Assembly: GCA_964016885.1 (NCBI GenBank)
Contig: OZ024740.1
Location: 358,980,001 to 359,044,000, forward strand
Length of the DNA stretch: 64,000 nt
Direction: 5' to 3'
Source: Eledone cirrhosa
Taxonomy: Eukaryota
Shown here: positions 13,296 to 24,733 of the stretch, piece by piece
How positions within the stretch are numbered: the first letter of the stretch is position 1
Layout of the letters: each line of letters opens with the position of its first letter
The notes under the pieces: generated by a model
What the model saw: only the letters and a program-made list of their open reading frames with translations
Databases searched by the model: none
Told to the model about the DNA's origin: nothing
Position numbers and translations under genes: made by a program

Positions 13296-15719
13296 ATATT
13301 ATTTCACACCTTAAATACGCCTATTCAGATGACATCTATACACCCCTCAACACATGCATCATCGACATGTAACTTACACATATGATGCCAGACATGCACT
13401 CATATTATGAATATGCTAGACGTCTAAAATAATGCTTAATATGGATATGAGAATATATTTGTCCTTAACAGCAAAAATCCAACATATATTTAAAATCAAA
13501 ACATGTTCCTCTACACTCTCAGTTACGTATAGACAACACTAAACCAAACCACTCAAAATCGCTGTAAAACATAAAGCTATAATCTTTGATAGATTCTTAA
13601 TGCTACATAACAGTTTCAAATATTCAATCCCAAAACAGATTTTCTCTTTAGATTTACAACCTACCACAGTCACTGTCTCTCAGCAAAGATTAAGTACGTT
13701 ATTTCAAAATTGCACTCATATCTTGAACGTGATGTTACTGAAACTTACACAATACATGTGTATAAAGCATAGAAATAACAACCGTCAGGGTAATTCGTGA
13801 AACATCATTCCATAACACGCTCATAGCTATAGTTTCCTCTCCCCAATGTAGTTACTATAATAGCATTTGCTCATTTGAACTATCAGGCCCACCGAATTAA
13901 CTCTACTGTGTTTCACCTCGTAAATCTCTAAACCCATACTAAACTATTTTACTGATAATTCCAACCAAGGTTTGTAACTTTCTAATTAATTCCTCGCTCG
14001 ATTTCATACAACCACCAAGTTATCGATGAAGAGACGGTTAAGCTGAACAACAATTCGACTGACATTATAAGTGTGATAGGGTCACCTTCAACGATAATAA
14101 ATGATCTGGAACTACTTTTGCTCTGCCCCATCTCCGGATAACTGCTAAAATTAATTATTGCATATTTTCTATTTCTAATTTCTTTATATACTGAAATATA
14201 AAATCTTTTGGAAGAGATTGAATTACACTCCTTTGGATTTATATAACTTACGATAGCTTTCTGGTTCGCTGGAAACCCACACAAACCCTTGGCTAGGACC
14301 ATATTTTGCATGCTCCGTGTGAAAAAGAAGTCAAACTGATTAAGAATTTTACTTTTGTTGGAAATCCGGTTATTATTAAGTTATCTTACAGTACTCCCGA
14401 CAGTGGTAGTAGAAATTAGGCGGTACTAAATAAGCAAAACGTACTGTCCAATGTTCTCAACGTCTGTTAGTTCATGATCTTTGCTTGAGAGTAATATTTA
14501 TTACTAGAAAAAAGTCAAGTATGTGGACTGTGTCTGTAAATCGACATGTTCACTATTAGGAAGCCATTGATACACCACTAAAGAGACAATATATGCATGA
14601 AGCATGAAATGTTATGGACAAGGGGCATCAATAGTTCGTTTTATTCTGTTGGCTATAACCGGGACCCAACGGATCACGTTCACTGAGCACTCTCCATCCT
14701 ACTACAAACTTCACACAGATTTATTACATATGTCGTATATATCAGTTAATTCTATTTAGCATGGACATGCCAAATGTATATGTAACATTATATTGAAGAT
14801 ATATTTGAAATAATAATTTGTCTCCCATTAAGTTATCTTTCCTGGGGTGATAATATGTTTCTTGACAAACACTCATAGAAAAATGTATGCATTTGTTTTT
14901 CAATAGATGCATTCAATAGATGTATTGTCTCTTCACATGAGAGATATGTTTTCTTGTATTTACAAAACAGCATTACTTGCACACGAAATCGATTGCATAC
15001 GATATATCATTTAAGTGTAATCTAGGTTTTGTTGTTGTAAGAATAGGAAAGAGGAATGGAGTATATTTATTTTTGTACTTAATTCAAATTCGTATATATT
15101 GTAAATAATGATCTTCATAGAGGCAACATGATTTCTGCTACAGGAATATTTTTGCAATGTATTATATGTATTGGTGTCTGTTATGCAGCTTAATGGATTT
15201 CGTAAGAGATAAATCGTAAGAAATAATCAAAAATGTTTCTTCCTTGTATGACGCGTATAAGTTCAGTTAATGTGTTGTCAATGTTGAAATGTTTTATTGA
15301 AAATGAAATGCTTCATTTTGTATAAATAAGTATACCATATATAAATTGTCTGAGAATCAACACCCAGCGGTTATATACTTATTTAATCATTAAACATCTT
15401 AGTTTTATTTTCAGAGGAATTGTAATAACCGGTAATCCTTACAGCATCCACAATGCAACTATGGTAATATACAAACGACTTCCATAGAGAATGTACACAC
15501 ATTAATAATGTATTATATTAAAAAGATTAATGGTAGCTCGTTATTTTATACCCAGCCATAATTAAGCATATCAGTTACTATTTATTCTACGTTATTAATG
15601 ATCTTCGCGAAACCCTTTAATATTTCATTTACAGTAACTAAAGTTGCCTTACCTTATGCTTTGATAAGAAAAACAATTTGCTAGGGTAATAATCTAATGT
15701 AACTCATTTTTGTTTTCAG

Positions 15720-15791
15720 AAGACTTGGTTCAAATCATTTGGAAAATTTGCCTCCTAACGTCTTCAAGAATTTAGAATGCCTTACTATTTT
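15720..15791 (+). CDS. Internal exon encoding one leucine-rich repeat (extracellular LRR protein, LGR/RXFP- or Slit-like)
   Basis: tttttgttttcag acceptor and gtaagt donor, exactly 72 bp, phase 2/2. Translates as (L)RLGSNHLENLPPNVFKNLECLTI(L), matching LxLxxNxLxxLpxxxFxxLxxLxxL. Confidence 0.9.
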
Positions 15792-15834
15792 GTAAGTATA
15801 TATATATTAAGTTTCATTTTATATTCTATATTAA

Positions 15835-16008
15835 TTGTTGTTGTTGTTGTCGTCGTCGTATTCGTTGTTGTTGTTGTTTTTGTTGTTGTTGTTGTTGTTG
15901 TTGTTGTTCTTCTTCTTCTTCTTCTTCTTCTTCTTCTTCTTCTTCTTCTTCTTCTTCTTCTTCTTCTTCTTCTTCTTCTTCTTCTTCTTCTTCTTCTTCT
16001 TTTTTCTT
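15835..16008. repeat. Compound (GTT)n(CTT)n microsatellite
   Basis: Seen directly; it is the source of the poly-V/L/F/R/T pseudo-ORFs. Confidence 0.97.
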
Positions 16009-16019
16009 CTATTTTTTTT

Positions 16020-19000
16020 TTTGTCATTTATCTTGCTTTATGTTCATACGAGTTATCACCAAGTCACAACCAGTGACCTCAAGAGACAACAACGTCCGCA
16101 TACATGGATCTTTAGGTGTTTAGACTTGTGATATATTTATATTGTCGGAATCTTCCTTAGTATATGGGCAGTTCTCATTAGTACTATCTTTTGTATTTCT
16201 TCTATACGTGGGTTTCCTGGAATTTGCGATAAGTAATCATTAGACCACTAGGCATCATTCTTAGAGCGCCTACAACCACTGGTATTGTTTTACTTCTCAA
16301 CTTCCACATTTTTCCAATATCTATCTCCAGGTCTTTATACTTGCTCAATTTTTCAAATATTTTTATAGATACATTCTTGTCTATAGGAACGGACATGTCA
16401 ATTAGCAGGCATATCCTTTTTTAAAAGCCCTTCAGTATTATATAAGGGCTATTTGCATCTATTTTTCGGTCTGTTTGGATGATAAAGTTACACAAAATTG
16501 AGATGTGATCTTTTTCAAGTATGGGTGGTGGTTGATGCTCCCACCAATTATTTTGATGGGGCAGGTCAAAATGCTTACACATTATCCAATGTATGTATTG
16601 TGCAGCTCTGTCATGCCTGTTTAGGTATTCGGTTGGAGCTATAGGACTGCACATTGAAATTATATGATCAATGGACTCTGGTTATTTTTTACATACACAG
16701 CATAATGGGTTGCATCCATATTTTATTATGTTGGCTTGGTAATTTTTTGTTGGCAGACATTGATCTTGTGCTGATATAATCAGTCCTTCAGTCTCCGATT
16801 TCAGTCCAGAGGATGCCAACCACTGATGGGTTAAAGTTTTGTCAACATCTGGATTGTTAGCTCTTTCTGGGTATTTTCCATACAGAGGCTTTTCTTGCCA
16901 TTTCTTAGCCAGTGTCTGTAGCAGTTCTTTCATTGCAGTTACTTTTACCTGCCTTGCTTTTTCTGTGTTTTTCATTTCAGCAGCAAATGGAACTTCTGAA
17001 ATTTGTAGTTTCTTACTGTATCTTTGTGCATCTGTTGATGCTTTCATATATTTCAAAACGAGTTTGATCATCCAATCATGTGATTCACTTAGATATGTAG
17101 ATAATCCAATTGTTGCAGTTTTCAAAGCAATATCTAACTGGATTAATCCACGTCCTACTTCTTTCCTAGGGACATATATTCTATCTGTATCTACCTTAGG
17201 GTGATGCATTCTTTGCATGGTTAAGAATTTTTTAATTTTTGTATCGAGCCTACGGATCTCTATGCTTGACCAGTTGATGACATTGTAACTGTAGGTTACT
17301 ACTGGTATGGCAAGCGTGTTTATGGCATCGATCCTATTCCTTGCATTCAATTCTGTTCTTAAGATTGCTCTTACTCTGCGGTAACATTCCTTCCTTATCC
17401 TTTCCTTCATTGTTGAGTGCTTGATTCCGTCTCCTTCACAAACACCTAGATATTTGTAAGTTTCCTCTTTATCAAGTTCTCATATCACATTCTCACGATC
17501 AAGATTAATGTCTGAACTTTTCAGCAGCTTTCTTCTGGTGAACGTGGCTTTGGCGCATTTGTCTAGTCCAAACTCCATTTTAATACCATCACTGAACTGA
17601 TTCACAGTGGATAATAGCCCTTGCAATTGCTAATCATTTTTTTCAAATAGTTTCAGGTCATCCATGTTGAACAACTGATTAATGGTTTTGTCGTAGACTT
17701 GGTGTTGTTTCATTGAGCATTTTACTTAATGGTATAAGTGCGATGCAGAATAAAAGCGGTGATAAAGAGTCACCCTGAAAAATTCCACAATTAATATTAA
17801 CTTCTCCAGCTTCCAGTGATTTATTTTCACTATTCAAAAAGAGTGTCGTTTTCCATGTCTTCATACTGAATGACAGGAACTTCCTGACAACTGGAGATAT
17901 TTTGAAAATCTCTAAACACTTTTCAATCCAACTGTGTGGCAAACTACCGAATGCTTTTTTGTAATATATCCAAACAATTGATAAATTTTTGTGTCTGTTA
18001 TGACAATTGTCCAGTATCATTTTGTTAACCAAAAGCTGATCCTTACAGCCATATGAGCCTCGTTTACACCCTTTCTGCTCATTGGGAAATAGATAATTTG
18101 TTATCAGGTGATCGTATGTATATTCAGTTAGGACTGATGTTAAAATTTTATACATTGTGGTCAAGCAAGTTATCGGTCTGTAATTTTTGGGATTGTTTGT
18201 CTCATCATTCTTCGAAAGTAGGAATGTAATGCCGTTAACTAGCCATGATGGTATCTTTTCTGGCTCCTTAACCATTTCATTGTAAAGTTGGGCTAACAGC
18301 TCATGAGACTCTGTGAAGGCATTCATCCAAAAATTTTATATTTTGTCTTTCCCTGGGGATTTCCATTTGCTGGATTTTCTAAGAGCTAAACGTGAGCTGT
18401 ATCTTTCATTTGTCTGTGTGTCCATGGAGAATGTACATTATGAACTTTTTATTCGGCCCAGATCTTTTCCCAGAATTCTTGAACTTTCTCCTTGTGTGGT
18501 AATGATTTAACAGTTATTGTTGAGTTGCCAATTTTTCTGTAGAAGTTTCTTTGGTTGTTTTGAACATATTATTGTCCTTATAGAATCTAGATCGTTTTTC
18601 AAAGCGCCTTATACAAGCAGCTTTGGCCGACACTTTTTGCTTGATTATTTCTATCAGCATGTCTATGTCACTTGTTGATTTTATACTGTATTTTCTTTTC
18701 AATTTTCTAAGTTTAGTTTGGTTAACATATTCACCTACTTTGTAGTTTGCTAACATTTCTATGTCAGATCGGAGAAGGTTTATTTGGCGATTGATGTTCT
18801 TTTGCCAAGTTCTTTTGTGGGGATTCCTTTGGTTTTTTCATTTTCAATCCACTTAAGTGAGTGGTAACTTTAGCCGATGCATAATAGAGATGATTTAGAT
18901 CAGTAATGTTTAGTTTATTTGTGATGATAATGTTTTTGAGAGTTATGTTAGTCTTGTGTATTATCCTTTGGTTTTGTTTGGAGTTCTGGATCTTAGGGAG

Positions 19001-19855
19001 AGTGTCTCGTTCCCCCATATCAGATTATTTCATTTTCATCCATTCGATCATAATTTCATTCTTCAAGTCGGCGAGTTCATTCTCATTCATTTCTTTATCA
19101 TTGACGATCTCATTGTTTTCATTTTGAGTTTCATCTGGAGCATGCACTCCTTCCACTTTTTCGATCCTTTCTTTCATTTGTTCTGCTGTCAGTGATTCCG
19201 CCCCAACCCTGGGATTTGAAGAGTTACAATTTACCTCGTTTTCACTGACACATGTTTCATTTTCCCTTCGCTGACTTTGCGTTAATAGCTTGATCTGATC
19301 AATATCTATATCAGTTAGTAACTTTTTCTTAACAATATTTCTCCGTATATTAGCTAGTTTGTCAATATAGTCTCTGTTTTCGGGATGTTTCTTTTTCCAG
19401 TTGATATATGTCTGTTCTGTATTCAATCTACTTGATGGGTAGTACATGGCAGTGTAGAAAGCCTCAAGGACATCTTTATTGTCTTCCCTTGACCATTTTT
19501 CTCTCTTTTTCTTTGGATTTCTTGGTGGTGAGCATGGAGCGCGAACAGTAGGAGTATTCCTGTTATGGGAGGTCTCCAGCTTCGAATTAATGGGAAGGTT
19601 TGAACCATTAGCTGATTTTTCGACCCCAGTCTAATACCTCTCTGAGGGACGCGGCCCTTTTTGACCAGGGTGACGGCCGATCCGGTATGAGATTTTATCA
19701 TTTGACATTGGCTTTATTTTGTTGCGTTTTATCCTTAACCGCCAAGGGGTAATAATTTCGTGTTACCACTCCTAGGACGAGTGTCAACCAAGACTAGAAG
19801 GGTCGTTCTCCCCCAGAGACACGGCTATTCCCCGACGGCCGCCATCCCGGTATTT
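16020..19855 (-). mobile_element. R4/Dong-type non-LTR retrotransposon, apparently full length but disrupted
   Basis: Broken ORFs give RT (NYRPITCL, GIFQGDSLSPLLF), a zinc finger, RHD and a restriction-like endonuclease. N-terminal ORF pieces run to about 19700, followed by a GC-rich 5' UTR. Closely similar to the copy at 28406-31267. Confidence 0.88.
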
Positions 19856-19875
19856 GTTATTTTTTAAAGGACCAA

Positions 19876-22462
19876 AGGGGACGAAAGCCGTTCAATGGGC
19901 CCGAGTGGCGGAGGCGCGTCGTGGCAACAAAGCCACGATCCGGTCTTTGGTGGAGCACGACGGGCGCATGCTACTCGATCCCGGGCAAATGTGTGAAGCT
20001 TTTCAGCGACACTTCGCACAGCTGTTCGGGGGCAGCGGCGGGCCGGATCGAGGGATGGACTTTAGTGTCTGCCTCGACGGACTGCCGCGGCTCTCGGCCA
20101 CTGAGGCGGAGTGTTGCGAAAAGCCGATAACAGCCGCAGAAGTACGGGAGGTAATGACTGGCTGCACAAGGGGTAAATCGCCTGGTTTGGATGGTCTGCC
20201 CTATGAACTGTACGTACAGATGCCAGACTTGTTCGGAGGCCTCTTGGCGGACGTCTACTGCAACTGGCAACAGAACGGGAGAATTCCCAGCTCTGTGAGC
20301 CGAGGAGCGGTGGCGCTGCTGAGAAAGGATCCGAACAATGGGGATAACATAGATCATTTCAGGCCCATAACTCTGCTAAACACAGAGTTCAAGATTTTGG
20401 CCAAGGTGCTAGCAAAGAGGTTGGCACTTGTCGGTGGTCTGGTGGGAGAGGCGCAGACGTGCGCAATTCCCAACAGATCCATCCACGACAACCTCCACCT
20501 CACGCGATACATCGTAGAGAGGGTAGCTAGGGAACCTGGCATGGGTGGGTCCTTGATCAATTTAGATCAGTCGAAAGATTTCGATAGGGTCGACCATCGT
20601 TACCTAGCGGCAGTCCTGAGGGCGGCTGGCTTTGGGCCCGTCTTCAGAGGCTGGATCGCTGCCATGCACAGCGACATCTGATCTGTTGTGAGAGTGAACG
20701 GTCATCTTTCGGAACCGTTCAACATCATGCGCTCGGTCCGCCAAGGATGTCCCCTCTCGTCCCTCTTGAACGTATTGACTCTCGAGCCATTACTGCACAA
20801 ACTGGAGACGTTGAGGGGGGTCCCGCGCGAACTAGGATGCGGAAGATCCGTGTCAGCATATGCGGACGATGTCGCCGTAGTCGTGTCGAACGCCAAACAC
20901 ATCGAGGCGATCGGCACTACACTAAGAGAATACGAAGCGGTGACAGGAGCAATGATCAACCAGGAAAAGTCAGTGGGCCTGCAGCTCGGCACCTGGAGAG
21001 GCAGGTCCATGCCGTCCAACAGTGTCGTCGGGCGCTGGACGGGCGGACCGGTTAAATTGATAGGGGCTTGGTTCGGTCCGGACCTCCAGACTGACAAAAA
21101 CTGGGACGAGGTGACGAGCAGGGTGGCTTCTCTCACCCAGTAATGGGCGGAGAAGAAGCTATGCCTGAAAGGTCGAACGGAGGTGGCCAACGCGTACATC
21201 GCGTCCGTCATCTACTACCGCCTGACCATCGTATCTTCTCCTAAGCCCCGCCTGACTTGCTCTTTCGCTTTTTGTGGAATGGACGCGCTCCGATGGTCAG
21301 GCGGTCCATCTGCTGTCAACACCCGCTACGTGGAGGGCTGGGCATGCCGTGGCTGATGATGCGCAGACACGCGCTCAGACTACGACATCTCCACCTCTTC
21401 CCCGACGGTGATCAGGTGTGGTCGCCGTTTGCTAGACACGTCTTTCCCCAGCTCATCTCCTTGACGCAGCTGCAGTCCTGGGTCAGGCGAAGACCGAGAG
21501 GGAGCGCTTGGAGACTGGAATGTCTTCAGGCGCTCACAGCCCTCGACCAATCGAGCAATGTGATCGGTGGAAACTCCACCTTGGCGTTCTATAGAGGATT
21601 AGTGGAGGGGAAGAGCGACGACGTACTTTGGAGAAACTCTAGGCGTCGACGAAAATCAACTAGCCAATCTCTTCGGAAGGACTTTCGGGCCGGGGCCTAT
21701 GGACAACTTCCAGAAATCCCTGGCCTGGCAGTGCTACCGAGGAGCTTTGCCAGTTCGGGATAAACTCTACAGGCATAGATGTGCCGTCAGCCGGGCATGT
21801 CCGAGATGTGCGCAGGGCGACTAAACCGTCCTGCACGCACTCGTCCAGTGTCCGAGCATTTCTGACTTGTGGGTTTATGTCGAACACCTGCTGTCACGTG
21901 TAGGACGGATCCAGCTATCAGCTGAGTCCATCGTGAGGATTGCCCCGCCCTCTTCCTTTAGCCGGGAAGGGCAGGCAGTTTTTATCTGTCTGGTGGCCAT
22001 GGCGAAAGAGATAGTATGGTGGACACGTTTGAAAGGGCTAAAGACGAGCACTTACCTCTTCGGTGATGCCCTGATTAACTTTTTCAAATTTCATTTGTAA
22101 AGGAAAATCAGGGTAGAGAAGGAAGTGCTCTCTTCCCAGCATTTTGTTGAAATATGGGTGAGAGAAGCAAGTATGGCCTGAGTGAATGGGCCTACTCTGA
22201 GTATGTGTCTTTAAATTAAAGGTGGAAAACTGGGAGAGGGCACTTGCCCTGGTGGTCAGGGTCACTGTGGCCTTTTAATGGGCTTTCTCCACAAATGTCC
22301 TTCGGAAGTCTCCCCCCTATTGGGGAATTTTTCATTGTTATTTTTTGTTACATCCTCTGTTTTTGTTTTTTACACGTAGAAATGCCCATTTGTACCGTCC
22401 TGTATTGTCCTGCACTGTCCTCAATGTCTACTTTATGTAAACCCTTGTGGTTAATAAAGAAA

Positions 22463-22515
<53 letters not shown>
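19876..22515 (+). mobile_element. Tx1/L1-clade LINE, 5'-truncated copy
   Basis: RT ORF pieces (KSPGLDGLP, FRPITLLN, SVRQGCPLS, AYADD) with several stops, AATAAA near 22453 and an (ATT)n tail. Paralog of about 25798-28406. Confidence 0.92.
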
Positions 22516-23214
22516 GGCGACCTACGTAGTAAATCCTATCATCGTGATCTCCGCAAAGGTTTGTTATTTCCGTTTGTTAAAAATTGCCATTTATGGAAAA
22601 TTTTTATTGTTAACTATATATAAGCGCACATAATTGTTTTCCGAAAAGGACACCCAAAAAGATTGTGGCCGTGTGCCCAAAATTTAAACTTTTATGATTA
22701 TCAAAAAAATTTCTTTGGAAAAAAGTGGCTAATTCACCACTGCACCAAGCAGCTGAAAGCCTTTCTCACAAATTAACACCTCAAACCGACACCACTATTG
22801 TAAATGATATTACGTCTGCCAACACAAATAATTTAAGCACTAGCAATATTTTAAATTTGTCTCAGGCAGACATTCATTTCCCGCCATTACCAATGACTGC
22901 AGGTGTTAAAGCCACCACCACCACCACCACCACCACCACCACCACCGCGACAACAGAAACAAAAGGAAAAAATAAATCAACTCGTGATGTCGAAATATTT
23001 TCAACCAAAATGGACTCTCCCAAACCAACTTTCAATGACGTCACCACCACCACAACTGAAACTAAAATTAATAATAACAAAAATAACGATAGCAACAACA
23101 ACAACAATGACATTAAAAAAACCACCCTGAGATTTGCCAGAGTAGCAAAACAGATCGAAGCATTTACGGTAACTCAGGAGGATTTAGAAAATGCCAAACA
23201 ATTGGTAAAGAAAG

Positions 23215-24699
23215 ATGGGTACAGGGTCAGCCTCCCCCTCCCCACCCCCACCTAATAAAATGGAGCATCGGCGCCTATGCACCATGTCGTATCGAACAAT
23301 AAATGCAAAATCGCGCCGAGTGGAACGGGCATCCGAGTCCCAAATCCAAAAAGCTTTGGGACATGTGTGGGCAAGAAAAACCCACATCAGACGTGGGCAG
23401 AAGTATGGAACCGTGGACGTGTTCTTTGAAACACCAGAGGAGGCTAGAGAACACTCCATGGCCCCATTAAGAAGTGACGACTTCACACTCGTCCCAAGCT
23501 ATTGTGACCAGAGACTCGTAAAGATCAGGGTGACCCACGTTCCACCGACCATCGAAATTCCCTGGCTAATAGCGGCCGTCCTCGCCGGCATCGAAGCCAA
23601 CACAAAGATAATAGCAAAAGAAAAGCAGGAGAACTGGTCCGGATCTGGGATGGAGCTCCTGATCCAAGCGGACCAAAAAAGCATTGAGGAGATCCCAGAG
23701 GTAATAGACCTCACTGACAGCAGCCACCTCACCGTAATTGTCGAGGGCAGAAGGCCTAGGTGTGTCGTTTGTGGTGAAGGAACCCACCTAAGGGCTTTCT
23801 GCCCTCAGGCTAAAAGGTTGAGGCCACCTCTCCTACCCACCCCAGTGACACAACCATCAACACCACCAGTAGCAGAGATGGCAGCAACAACTGTAGCAGC
23901 AACAACAGAAGCAACTATAACAGCAACAACCCCAGCAACAGTAGCAAAACCAACACCACCACCACCAGCAAAACCAACACCACCACCACCCAACGCTTCA
24001 GAACTAGCACCAGCGCCTACACCATCCACCACGCCACAACCAAAACTAACGCCTGTGGAGGATTTTCCACTCCCCGGCCTATCACAACTGGAGACAGATT
24101 GTGACGACGAGGAGTGGGAAACGGTATCAGGAAAAAAAAAAAGAAACCGAAAAAGAAAAAATTCTCTTCCTTCCCCCTCCAAAAACAAAATACAGAGGGA
24201 AACAAATGAATTAACAAACAAAAAAGTTAGGACAGATATGCCACCATCCACACCAGCATCACCAACCCCATCAACCCAAACACCAACACCATCACCATCA
24301 TTAACTCCAACACCACCATCACCTACACCACAAAAGTCATCAAAATGCGAAACAGAAACAAACCCACAACAAACGCAAACAAAACAAAACAACCAAAACG
24401 ATACACACTACACAGCATTAAATTTTAACAACAAGCAATTATTACACTACATCCAACAGAACACCAGCATCACAGAAAAAGACTACACAACAACCCAAAA
24501 ATTCACACCACCTCCACACATACAAATCACTCGCATCACACAGAAAACGTACACGACACTAAAACAAAATTTCCCCAAAGACATCGGAGACTTCCGACAA
24601 GCACTCTCCAGGAGGATTTATAAGGACATCCTTCCTGAGGAGGCCACAAGCAGTGAAAAGGATGGAAAAAGCGTCCTTCCCCTACGAGAAGTAAGGTAA
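23215..24699 (+). CDS. Tx1/L1 ORF1 gag-like protein, probably continuing the frameshifted ORF at 22725-23255
   Basis: 494-aa ORF with CVVCGEGTHLRAFC zinc knuckle, Pro/Thr-rich region and basic KKKRNRKRK stretch. Confidence 0.8.
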   Translation: MGTGSASPSPPPPNKMEHRRLCTMSYRTINAKSRRVERASESQIQKALGHVWARKTHIRRGQKYGTVDVFFETPEEAREHSMAPLRSDDFTLVPSYCDQRLVKIRVTHVPPTIEIPWLIAAVLAGIEANTKIIAKEKQENWSGSGMELLIQADQKSIEEIPEVIDLTDSSHLTVIVEGRRPRCVVCGEGTHLRAFCPQAKRLRPPLLPTPVTQPSTPPVAEMAATTVAATTEATITATTPATVAKPTPPPPAKPTPPPPNASELAPAPTPSTTPQPKLTPVEDFPLPGLSQLETDCDDEEWETVSGKKKRNRKRKNSLPSPSKNKIQRETNELTNKKVRTDMPPSTPASPTPSTQTPTPSPSLTPTPPSPTPQKSSKCETETNPQQTQTKQNNQNDTHYTALNFNNKQLLHYIQQNTSITEKDYTTTQKFTPPPHIQITRITQKTYTTLKQNFPKDIGDFRQALSRRIYKDILPEEATSSEKDGKSVLPLREVR

Positions 24700-24733
24700 G
24701 TGGTCTTTCCCATCTTTTCCACTCCTTTTCAAC

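Larger units (their letters stand above)
10526..14541. repeat. About 137-bp inverted repeat pair enclosing about 3.7 kb
   Basis: 10526-10663 matches the reverse complement of 14403-14541 with few differences. Confidence 0.8.

Noticed and set aside
13982-14311. 109-aa ORF inside the inverted repeats
   Set aside because: No recognisable transposase or other motif.
15415-15463. Possible extra exon (ttttcag...gtaata) 260 bp upstream of the LRR exon
   Set aside because: The only open frame (GIVITGNPYSIHNATM) ends in phase 0, incompatible with the phase-2 acceptor; the other frames have stops.
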